From Amoebidium appalachense (lineage: Eukaryota; Protista; Ichthyosporea), in NCBI GenBank assembly GCA_963693365.1, contig CAVNZM010000007.1, positions 3,409,170 through 3,437,658 on the forward strand: 28,489 nucleotides of DNA, read 5' to 3'. Under the pieces are notes generated by a model. The model worked only from the letters and a program-made list of their open reading frames with translations. It did not search any database and was not told where the DNA came from. Positions 18,993 through 28,181 of the stretch are shown in pieces. A program made the translations under genes and the position numbers. Every line of letters starts with the position of its first letter. Position 1 is the first letter of the stretch.

Positions 18993-20673
18993 CTGCCGGG
19001 ATCTCCCCAAGGGTACACCACCCTTGCTAACCACCCCCTTCCCCCGAGGCTCAGACCCGGAGGCCCGCCCGCTGCCCCAGCACCACATTGACACCTCCCG
19101 CCTCCGGGAACTGCTGGCCTCCTACCCGGACCAACCATTCGCCGCACAACTCCTCCACGATGTCGAATTCGGCGTCGACATCGGCTATCGCGGCCCCTCC
19201 ACCTCTCGGGTGGGCCCCAACCTACCCACCACCCCGGAGGCAGCTGCCGCTATCACGGTGGATATTGCCAAAGAAGTCGCCCTCGGCCACCTGCGCGGCC
19301 CCCTCTCCCCGGCCCAATTCTTTGACGAATTTCCCGTCCACCGTTCCTCCCCCATCGGCGCCGTTACCAAGAAAGGGAACCCCCCCAAGTACCGTCGAAT
19401 CCACCACCTCTCCTGGCCCCGGGGTAGCAGTGTCAATGACAGCATCACCTACCCCGACGAACTTCAGTACATTCGCGCCCGGGATGTCACCCAACTCATT
19501 CTCGACGCAGGCCCCGGCTGCTACATGGCCGTGGCAGATGTGCAGGCTGCCTTCCGGCACATGCCCATCCGACCGGAAGACCACCACTTAATGGCATTCA
19601 AATGGCAAGGGCATTTTTACGTTGAAACCAGACTGCCCTTCGGCCTGAAATCTAGCCCAGCCATCTGGGAACGGATCGCGGCCACCCTACAGTGGCTGGC
19701 ACACCAGCACGGTATTACCCTCATCCGCCACTACGTAGACGACTGGATTATAGTCGCCCCCACACAACAGCAGTGCCAACGTCACCTATCCACCTTTCTG
19801 CAACTCTGCCGAGAGCTGCACATTGCCATCTCCGAAGACAAGATGCAGGGCCCGGCTACCCGTGTCGTCTTCATCGGTATCGAATTCGACTCCATCGCCA
19901 TGGAGGCACGAATCCCGGCTTCCAAGCTCTCGGACCTACTCGACCTCACTTCCCACCCAAAGCCCACCATCACCATTCGGGACCTCCAGTCCCTCCTCGG
20001 CAAACTCACCTGGTGTGCCCAGCTGGTTCCCCCCGGGAGGGCCTTCTCCCAGCGCCTATGGGCCCTTCTCCGGACCCACCCACACCTTGCCGGCCACCAC
20101 CACATACGACTGACTGCTGCCGCCCGGGCCGACATAGCCGAATGGCACCAGTTCCTCACATCATGGAATGGGGTGCACCTCATCACACCCCCCACATACA
20201 CCACCCTGGCCACTGATGCTGCCGGATCGGTGGGTCTAGGTGGCCACTGGCTCGAACAATGGTTCTTCATGCCCTGGTCCCCCTCCACCCAAGCCCTCTA
20301 TGCTCATGAGGGTAAACTCGGTTCTTCCGTCATCGAACTCCTGGCCATCGCAGCCGCCGTGGCCCTCTGGGCCCCCTCCTGGTCCACCCACCATGTCCGT
20401 ATTTTATGCGACAACACGGGTGCTGTGTCTGACCTGCACTCCCGGTCTTCCCCCCACCCCGTGATGGCCAAACTTATTCGGTTCATCACCCGCATGGAAA
20501 TGCAATACCAATTTACGTTACAGGCATCCTACCTACCAGGACCCCTCAACCATCTGGCCGATGCCATTTCTCGTAACCAACTTCCCCGGGCCCGACGACT
20601 CCGACCTTCCCTGCAACCGGAGCCCTGCCCCTTCCCCTCCTGGGTCCACGAGTTCCTATCCCTTCCCTTGGGC

Positions 20674-20676
<3 letters not shown>
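18947..20676 (+). CDS. Reverse transcriptase-RNase H of Ngaro/DIRS element (no native start in window)
   Basis: LRELLASYPD..FGVDIGY, KYRRIHHLS, ADVQAAFR, LPFGLKSSP, YVDD; RNase H ATDAAG..IELLAI..CDN..ADAISR. Confidence 0.92.
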
Positions 20677-20705
<29 letters not shown>

Positions 20706-21768
20706 AGATCTCCCGTTCCGGAGCAACACTGGCAGATTGGCCCCCCACTTTGCTCCGGCCGAGCTGCTTCGAGCCACCACTACCCTGCAGGAATGCCAGG
20801 CCCTGAGTCTCAACCTCGACTCTCGGGCCTTTTACTCCCGGGTGCAAAAAGTGTTCATCGATTTCTGTGTGGCATCTCGGCTGCAATCCTCCTCCGGGTC
20901 CTCCCTCCCGGCCTCCCCACACACCGTGCAACTTTTTCTCGCCTGGTGTGCCCAACGAGGGGTACAGGCCTCTTCCTTAACCGGCTACAATTCGGCCATC
21001 ACCAGGCTCCACCTCGACATGGGCCTCCCTGCTCCCTACCCCCACGACAAGTCTCTGGCCTGGTTCCTACGGGGGGTGGGCCGATGGCAGCTTTCTCACA
21101 ACATCCGACCCCGCTCATCCACCAGGGAACCCCTCCTCCCCTCCCACCTCCACCTACTCCACGGCCAGTGCCCCACCAAGGCCTCCTCGGCCAATCTCCG
21201 GCTATGGACGGCCCTCATCGTCGGTTTCTGTGGTCTCCTCCGTTCAGGGGAATTTACCTCCAAGACCCTGACTTCTTTCGACCCGTCCCGTCACGTTAAA
21301 CGGAAGGACGTGACCTTCAGCTACACCCCCACCGGTACTTTGTCCCATGCCACCCTCCACCTGCCAACCTCTAAGACGGATGTACAGGCCCGAGGTGTCA
21401 ACGTCACCCTAGCTGCCCTGCCCCTCACCCACTTCTCCCCAGCCCATCTCCTCCGGCAGTTCCTGGATACAACGTCCGGTCATTTCGACGACCCCCTCTT
21501 CAGTCTCGGTGGCATCCCCTACACCAAGAGTGCTTTCTCTGCCGATTTCCGTGCCCTCCTCTCCCGGGCAGGCCTCTCACCCTCCCGGTTTGCCGGACAC
21601 AGCCTCCGCATCGGGGGGGCCACAGCACTGGCTGAGGCCGGGGTCGACGACTCCCGGATCAAACAACTCGGCCGGTGGTCCTCCGACTGCTTCCTGATCT
21701 ATACCCGACTTCGTCCGGCCTCCATTGCTGCCACCACCACACGTGTATTCGCCTCTATTCTTAAGTGA
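20677..21768 (+). CDS. Tyrosine recombinase of Ngaro/DIRS element
   Basis: Catalytic set LLRSGE, SKTD, GHSLRIGGAT, GRWSS, LIY, with an N-terminal core-binding-like region. No early ATG; the frame opens right after the RT stop. Confidence 0.92.
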
Positions 21769-21796
21769 AACCTTTGGAGCAAGCATACTGCTCTCG

Positions 21797-21887
21797 TGCC
21801 GTGGTTTACAACCATTGCAGGTTCACTTTCGTCCAAGGGGATGTCCCCCTAGAGGCAACACACGTCCCGGAGTAGTTTTTCATAGAG
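21797..21887 (+). repeat. Split direct repeat B1 (91 bp)
   Basis: Identical to 22376-22466. Confidence 0.95.
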
Positions 21888-22071
21888 GTTTTATTTGTGG
21901 AAATTATTGACATAAATATTTTTCTGGGTAAACACGTAGGATGGGTGTTCGATACCAACATAACCATGTAGGCTTCATTTCGTGTTTTAGCAGTTAGCGG
22001 TTGGCTGCCCGCACACGGGCACCTATTAGCCAGTCAAAACATCAGATACCACAGATCACTAGACCGAGTTA

Positions 22072-22150
22072 TGATTGGCTCGGATCAGATTTCACATATC
22101 ACTAGTTCGATTTTTGATTGGTTCAGATCGGTAGGCTTAGGTATATAAGC
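22072..22150 (+). promoter_or_regulatory. Promoter-like motifs within the presumed A2 repeat
   Basis: TGATTGG at ~22072 and ~22115, TATATAA at ~22142. AATAAA follows at ~22354. Confidence 0.5.
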
Positions 22151-22375
22151 ACGACAGTTTTTAGCAGATCAGCAAGCTACAAACACATCTTCTGTGTTTA
22201 GCATCCACAGCCTTACAGCTATATATTCCTTTTCACCCACCCACCTACACCCACACACAACCCCCATTGATCCACACATACGTGCTGTTTTTTTTTTTTT
22301 CACGGGGCGAAGCCTTCCCCCGTTTTTTTTTGGGCACATGGACCTCACGGATCAATAAATTGATGACTGGGGGCT

Positions 22376-22466
22376 TGCCGTGGTTTACAACCATTGCAGG
22401 TTCACTTTCGTCCAAGGGGATGTCCCCCTAGAGGCAACACACGTCCCGGAGTAGTTTTTCATAGAG
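22376..22466 (+). repeat. Split direct repeat B2 (91 bp), 3' terminus of the Ngaro element
   Basis: Identical to 21797-21887. Confidence 0.95.
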
Positions 22467-22575
22467 ATTGGAGGATGTGGGGGGGTGATCGACATCTTAT
22501 GAGTTGTCCGTAGACGCGTCTACCACAGCTACACAGATACACATACAGTCAGTTTTTTTCCTGTATATATACGAC

Positions 22576-23055
22576 ATGGTACCAGTTCACAGATATATAT
22601 GCGACTGGAATGGCTGTAATAGACCGTTTCCAAACCTTCATGCTTTGAAAAGGCACGAGTTGGTACATACAGGAGCACGACCATTTGAATGTCCATGGCC
22701 CGACTGTCACAGACATTATTCTCAGAAAGCGACACTCGACGCCCACTACAAGCTTCATACCGGCGAATTAGCATTTAAGTGTGACTGGCCTGGATGCAAC
22801 ATTGGGTATAGCTGTTGGAGCAAATTGAAAATGCACATGCACAGACACCAAAATACCAGACCATTCAAATGCCCATGGGAAGGCTGCGAGTCAAGTTTTG
22901 TGGACAAGTACACACTCAATAAACACATGACCACGCACTCCGAGGACCGCCTGTTTGCGTGCACATGGACTGGATGTAAGAAAAGTTACCGACACGAAGC
23001 CAGCTTAAAAGTCCACCTGAAAAAACACACCATTATTACACAACAAACCAAATAG
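22576..23055 (+). CDS. Intronless five-finger C2H2 zinc-finger protein (159 aa)
   Basis: Five CxWxxC-x12-HxxxH fingers with linkers TGARPF, TGELAF, QNTRPF and SEDRLF. Confidence 0.9.
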   Translation: MVPVHRYICDWNGCNRPFPNLHALKRHELVHTGARPFECPWPDCHRHYSQKATLDAHYKLHTGELAFKCDWPGCNIGYSCWSKLKMHMHRHQNTRPFKCPWEGCESSFVDKYTLNKHMTTHSEDRLFACTWTGCKKSYRHEASLKVHLKKHTIITQQTK

Positions 23056-23122
23056 AAGATTTACTTACAGTCCCGGGTACAACAGACGGTGGGGATGGGG
23101 TTGTTTTTTTGTCTGCCAGTAA

Positions 23123-23791
23123 ATGATGGCAACGTACGACGAGGCATGGGTCAGGGATCGACTGGCCCAGGCAGAGGGCGGACGGTGCGAGGTGCTGACA
23201 CCGGCAGGGCGGATCGACCTACTGACGGACACGCAGGTCATCGAGGTCAAGCGTGTGGCGCAGTGGAAGGCGGCGCTCAGACAAGTGCAGGCATACCAAC
23301 GCTTCTACCCTGATCGACAGGCTCGTGTGCACCTGTTTGGTTACGCGTCGATCGAGGTTTATAGGATTGCCGCGGAGACGATGGAGTCTCTTGGGGTGTT
23401 TGTGATGGTGGAGCCCGACACTCTGCGGCTAATTTGGGGGTGTCATGGGGACATCTGCACAACCCGGACAAAACCAACGGAGAGGGGACAGGAATCGAAC
23501 GAAATACGCTTTCTAAAGGACGTAGCGACAGGCGCACGCGGAACACACAGCTTTGGTATCGAGAATGGGACCTGGGTTACAACATCGGGGATGGCCGGTT
23601 GCATGCGACAGTGGGCTGATATAAATATGTTGGACGATTGCGAGGTGGGGATCAAGAGACTGGGAACGGTGCTGACACAGGTTTTGGGCGGGTCATCGTT
23701 TGTTCCCGCAGGAGAGCGTGTCTCTATAGGGAAACCTGGCAGACACACCCGTGCCCACAAGATAGAGTATAGCAAGATCATGGCATATTAG
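23123..23791 (+). CDS. PD-(D/E)XK nuclease-domain protein with possible C-terminal winged-helix (D5-C-like) domain
   Basis: EAWVRDRLA..GGRCEVLTPAGRIDLLTDTQVIEVK..WKAALRQVQAY..YP..VHLFG matches the nuclease domain often fused to KilA-N in giant viruses. The C-terminal assignment is weak. Confidence 0.75.
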   Translation: MMATYDEAWVRDRLAQAEGGRCEVLTPAGRIDLLTDTQVIEVKRVAQWKAALRQVQAYQRFYPDRQARVHLFGYASIEVYRIAAETMESLGVFVMVEPDTLRLIWGCHGDICTTRTKPTERGQESNEIRFLKDVATGARGTHSFGIENGTWVTTSGMAGCMRQWADINMLDDCEVGIKRLGTVLTQVLGGSSFVPAGERVSIGKPGRHTRAHKIEYSKIMAY

Positions 23792-23820
23792 AGCTGTCCG
23801 GGAAGAAACACACAAACACA

Positions 23821-24075
23821 CACCCCGCGCGGGCCGCGAGGCAGGCGAGGCAGGGGTGGCTGGGGGTGGCTGTGAGGGGCGCGCGAGGAACCAAATAAAC
23901 GCACAACCGGAACACGGACCCACACCCCCACGCCCCCACGCCCCCACCCCCGCGAGGCCCGCGAGGCACACATGCACCGCGCGCGCACACAGACGCCACA
24001 CAGGCCTCGCGGGCCCCGCGCGCCGCACGGGCCACACGGGCCTCGCGGCCCCTCCGGGGGCCCCTCGGGGCCTGA
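23821..24075. repeat. GC-rich low-complexity intergenic tract (CGCGAGGC / GCCTCGCG modules)
   Basis: Repeated cgcgaggc on + and gcctcgcg inverted copies between convergent genes. Confidence 0.55.
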
Positions 24076-24228
24076 GGAGACAACAGACAACAAACAGTAT
24101 GTCAAGACAAGATGACAAGAAAAGCACAAGCGATGCAATCGGGCACAGGGGCGGGGGGCATGGTTTGCGAATATTAGTTTATTGTCGACTGGGAGGGGGC
24201 CACAGGCACCGCCCGAACACAGTCGGGT

Positions 24229-24633
24229 TTATTCGGCGTCTGTCAGCTGCGGCTCGGATTCACGATGGCGGCGCTTTGCCTGGCGGCGGTCGGTTAAGGT
24301 GCGCTGCAATTCAACCAAGGCCTGATTGATGACATCTTTCTCCCGGCGCAGCCTTATGATCTCCGCACCGAGGCCCCTTATACCGTGGCAGATCACAGAG
24401 GTGGCGTCGCTGGGGTCGGGGCGGGTGCGGAGATAGGGGGTGACGATGCCGTTGGTCACGGATCCCCAGACGGCGCACAAGCGTTCAAACGGGGAACCCG
24501 TGTTGTTGCTGTCATCCATCAGCTGGACGAGCCTGGTCTTTTCGTCCTCGGTCAGCCGCGCGGCATCCGGGTAGGCCAGACGGATGGTGTCCAAGATCAT
24601 GTCAATGTCTATTTCCATTGTGGTGTATGACAT
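24229..24633 (-). CDS. Hypothetical coiled-coil protein (~134 aa)
   Basis: Starts MSYTTMEIDIDM. Basic C-terminal RRQAKRRHR. Upstream TATA (24671-24678) and CCAAT at 24701, 24730 and 24761. Confidence 0.6.
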   Translation of the reverse strand: MSYTTMEIDIDMILDTIRLAYPDAARLTEDEKTRLVQLMDDSNNTGSPFERLCAVWGSVTNGIVTPYLRTRPDPSDATSVICHGIRGLGAEIIRLRREKDVINQALVELQRTLTDRRQAKRRHRESEPQLTDAE

Positions 24634-24858
24634 GTGTGCATGTGATGATGAAATGTGCTGTCGTGTGGTGATTATATACACGCGATATGCGTAGGCCCCA
24701 CCAATCAGAGATGCCCGCCAGGCCATCAACCAATGAATGGTGATGCTGATTCCGAATCTACCAATCCAAAACTACTGGGCAAGGGTATCATTGGATTGGT
24801 AGATCTGAACACGTCGACCAATCACAAATCTTGAGACCTGAAATCGCGCCTATAAACA

Positions 24859-26448
24859 TCACATGATGGGGCACACGATGACATCCTCCTTGTCGTCGTC
24901 TTGGGCATACCGCTCGTTGAGGATTCGAATGGCCTGGGCGCGGGCGGGCGCAGAGGGCGAGACGTGGGCGAAGAACGCGAGGAAGTCGCGGTCCTGGTAG
25001 CTCAGGAGCGTGGCCATCGGCCCAGACTCGTACCTTGCAATCAGACCCACCATCTGGCGCCACAGGGGATACGTGTCTTTGGGCTTCGGGGGCGTTGTCC
25101 ATGTCCTTGGAAGTAGGATCCTTGTCCAGATCGGCTATGCCGAATTTCGCGACGCCTGCGCCGTAGGCGAGGCACATCTCTAGGCGGTTCGGGGGCGGGC
25201 CGTCGCCGTGTGGCCCCTCCTCCGAGTTGTATGGGTCTTCGAAGTTGATGCCCCGCTTGTCGACAACCATCACATAGTCATCGGACAGGATGGCGGTCAG
25301 CCTGGGCGTGTTGATGATGTACTCGTCACGAACGGGGTCCCTGACGACCATGCTGGCCTTGTAGTCGTCGAGCTGCTCGCAGGCTTCGAAGGAGGTGTCG
25401 ACACCGGGGCCTTCGAAGGAATCGTCGCTGGCGCGCACGCGCAGCCACAGGGACGCGGTGGGGCGGGGGCTCGGGGGCTGGTTGGGTTCGTCGGGGTCGC
25501 TGGGGTCGGTCAGCTTCGCGCGCTTGGGGGGCGGAGAACGTGGCTCGTCGGGCTCGCGGGGCTTATCGGTGGCCGGGGGGCGGGGTTCCAGATCAGGCCG
25601 GCCGTTGCACATGGCGTGGACGATCGCCAACAGCGCGCCTCGGTCAAGGACGGCGCGACCGCGGACTGCACTGGGGTCGCGCTGGCCCAGCGCAAAGACG
25701 AGGCGTAACTTGGGCCACCCGCCAGGCAACCACGGTTCGCGGTACGAGCGGCCGTGAATGTACCCTTCGACGACCGGCTCGATGTGCAGGTAGACCGCGT
25801 CGGCGTCGGCGACGCCGTCGATGGCTTCGAAGGGGGTTGGGATCTCGTCGGCGTCGTCGTCCGAGAAACTCGTGATGTTGAAGTAGCGACCGTCATCGGT
25901 CTTGAAGAGGACCAGCCGGCTCAGGAGCTCGGGTCTTTCGTTGTAGGAGTTTTGCCCCGGGACGCGGTAAACGACAGCGACGGCGAGGCCACCCAGCTTG
26001 AACCCTGCGGCGTCCATTTGGCGCCTGGCCTCGGCCAGGTCGAGCGCAAAGGGATCCTCGAGCGAGGGGGGTGTGAGATTCAGGTACCGCCCGACGTGCC
26101 TGGTGTGATGGTCAGGGTCCTCGTCGGAGAAGGGATCTTGCATTGATTCGTACGTGTCTTCGAGCTTCTCGTAGAACATGTGGTAAAGACTGGCTTTCAG
26201 TTGGGCGGCGGTCATGTTGCAAAAGCCGATCGGAGAGTGCGCGTGCTCGTCGCGTAGGGTAATGCGGACTCGCATTGCCGGATCAAGAGAATCAAGGTAC
26301 TTTCTCCATTTAGCAATCTCCTGCATGTGATTGCGAATGTTGGTAGTGGCGGGTACGTCCCGGGGGGGTCGTTAACGGCAACGAGACATTCCAAGTCGGC
26401 GCCATCGCACCTGACAAAGGAATTCTTCCACTCATCCACGAACGCCAT
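24859..26448 (-). pseudogene. Large hypothetical gene (~530 aa) apparently split by frameshifts at ~26328 and ~25090
   Basis: Three consecutive GC3-biased frames: MAFVDEWKNSF..FAIT / MQEIAKWRKY..KDMDNA / PKPKDTYPLWRQMVGL..VCPIM. Contains an NLS-like PPPKRAKL. Confidence 0.6.
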
Positions 26449-26613
26449 GGCACAGATAAGGAACGAAACCAATGAAAAACGACAAGCATGCTTGAATGCG
26501 CGTGTGGACTGACATTTATTGGCGGTGCACGTGTGTCATGATGTCCAACCGGGCGGCGCGGACCTTTTGCACCCCAATGCCAGTGTGGGTTTTTGTTAAT
26601 AAAGCGCGACCAC

Positions 26614-27195
26614 CTACCGCCGACACACCTGGTAGTCAACCACGTAGCGTACATTCTCGCGTAATGTGCGCATATGAGAAACGCCGAACAGCCGTCCGTG
26701 CTTGTTTGTCTTGCGATCCAGACACACCTCGAGTGCGCCCTTGGAAGGGTACCAGGCACCGTCGGGGCACAGGATCTCGAGCGTCACCGTGAGCCGCAGG
26801 CTCTTGTGGATGTTGCCGTTGGAGTCGATCGTGTTGGACTCGGTGTGCGGGACCAGCGGCTTGCGGCCGTCCATCAGGCCCCAGGCGTTGGCCACCTCCA
26901 GGTCCACGTAGCTGTTCTCGGACCCCGCGTCGTACACGAGCTTGAACGTCTTGGCCTGGCCCTGCACGCGCACCGTCACGGTGTGCGTCTTGCTGCACTC
27001 GGGCACCAGGAACACCGGCACCTTGCCGTGGCGCGTCGTCGTGCGCCGCACGCCCGCGGCCGCGGCCGGGCCCGAGTGCGACGTCGAGCGCCGCGTGCAC
27101 GCGCAGCCAGAGAGCGCGTTGGACGTGCGGCGGCGGCGGCGGCGGCGGCGCAGCGTGCTGGTGGCGCGGCGCTTCTGTCGTTTGATGTGGCGCAT
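26614..27195 (-). CDS. Retropepsin-like (clan AA) aspartic protease with Arg-rich N-terminus
   Basis: VTVRVQGQAKTFKLVYDAGSENSYV (D-[TS]-G equivalent is DAG), flap-like TIDSNG, C-terminal LFGVSHMR (LLG.D.L equivalent), N-terminal RRRRRRR. Confidence 0.65.
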   Translation of the reverse strand: MRHIKRQKRRATSTLRRRRRRRRTSNALSGCACTRRSTSHSGPAAAAGVRRTTTRHGKVPVFLVPECSKTHTVTVRVQGQAKTFKLVYDAGSENSYVDLEVANAWGLMDGRKPLVPHTESNTIDSNGNIHKSLRLTVTLEILCPDGAWYPSKGALEVCLDRKTNKHGRLFGVSHMRTLRENVRYVVDYQVCRR

Positions 27196-27262
27196 GTTAC
27201 CTACAACGCCCACAATGTCCGCGGTGCGAGGCACAAACGCGGTTATTTGTCTAGATCGGGGC

Positions 27263-27499
27263 CTACACCTTCTTGAGCTTGGACCAGCAGCGCTTGCGGC
27301 AGCACTTGCGCTTGCTCTTCCTGCTGCCCGGCACGAGGCCGCGGCAGTTGCCCTGGTAGCGGCACATGATGTACTTGAGGTTGTAGTCGGCGACCTGCTT
27401 GAGCCACGCGGGGTCGGCCGAGGGGTACGACTTGTACAGGTCGCCGCCGATGAGCGCCTTGACGTGCGAGTCGGTGATGCCCGTGCTTTCCTTTAGCAT
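27263..27499 (-). CDS. Small basic Cys-rich protein (78 aa)
   Basis: MLKESTG..CRYQGNCRG..RKSKRKCCRKRCWSKLKKV with strong GC3 bias. Confidence 0.55.
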   Translation of the reverse strand: MLKESTGITDSHVKALIGGDLYKSYPSADPAWLKQVADYNLKYIMCRYQGNCRGLVPGSRKSKRKCCRKRCWSKLKKV

Positions 27500-27583
27500 T
27501 TGCAGGTGCCCGCAAAAACATGGTGCACGCGGCGCCGCGGGGCTTTCTTTTGCAGATCCGCGAGAAAATGTGCGCTGCAGTGC

Positions 27584-27877
27584 ATGGATGACATGGCGAA
27601 GCTCGGCGACCCGGGCGAGGTCAAGCGCAGGGAGCTGGAGGCGCTGGAGAGGCAGATGGAGCTCGAGGCGGGCACGCCGGCGATGGTGGTGGACCGAGAA
27701 CATCTCCCCGATGCGTTTGTCACCCCGGACATGCGCGAGATCACGGCAACCGATTACGATGGCTCAGTCTTTGACGAACTCTTCCTGTTTGGGGGCTATT
27801 TGTATAACGCCGTGCCTGCGGATCTAATGGCATACAGACCGGAGGTTTATTTCTCACCCGACTTCTTAGATAGCTAG
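27584..27877 (+). CDS. Small acidic hypothetical protein (97 aa)
   Basis: MDDMAKLGDPGEVKRRELEALERQ.. with GC3 bias, divergent from the previous gene. Confidence 0.55.
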   Translation: MDDMAKLGDPGEVKRRELEALERQMELEAGTPAMVVDREHLPDAFVTPDMREITATDYDGSVFDELFLFGGYLYNAVPADLMAYRPEVYFSPDFLDS

Positions 27878-28181
27878 TGGTCGTTACTGTTCTTGCGCTG
27901 GCACGCCGGTAATCCGGCCGCCAGGGGGGGACGCGCGGTTTTGTAGGCAACTGTTCATACGTAAGCGCGATGGCGACAAGCACAAGCACAGCGAGGAAGG
28001 TAAAAGAGTCTGACGCTAGGCGGTGGCCAGCCGTTGCTCCCGTCCGCGGTGCTGGCAACGAATTCACGACGGTCGTATTCTCCAGTGGCAGTGCGGCGTC
28101 GGACACGCTTTCGCGGTGTTTGCCACAACCGTTGCTGGCACGTAAGGCGACCATTGAGACCACCACCATTGTCATCTTCAC
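27741..28181 (-). CDS. Possible membrane-protein remnant
   Basis: Hydrophobic FTFLAVLVLVAIAL. It overlaps the + gene and has no clear start. Confidence 0.25.
   Translation of the reverse strand: MKMTMVVVSMVALRASNGCGKHRESVSDAALPLENTTVVNSLPAPRTGATAGHRLASDSFTFLAVLVLVAIALTYEQLPTKPRVPPWRPDYRRASARTVTTTSYLRSRVRNKPPVCMPLDPQARRYTNSPQTGRVRQRLSHRNRLP

Larger units (their letters stand above)
18947..22466 (+). mobile_element. Ngaro-type (DIRS order) tyrosine-recombinase retrotransposon, 5'-truncated (no gag, no A1 repeat)
   Basis: RT-RNase H followed by a same-strand YR. The 3' end has 91-bp direct repeats at 21797-21887 and 22376-22466 enclosing a unique segment (B1-A2-B2). Confidence 0.88.

Noticed and set aside
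18877-19094. Poly-Pro N-terminus of RT and poly-Gly N-terminus of the T5orf172 ORF
   Set aside because: Both are read-through across the C45 junction into the antisense of the neighbouring gene.
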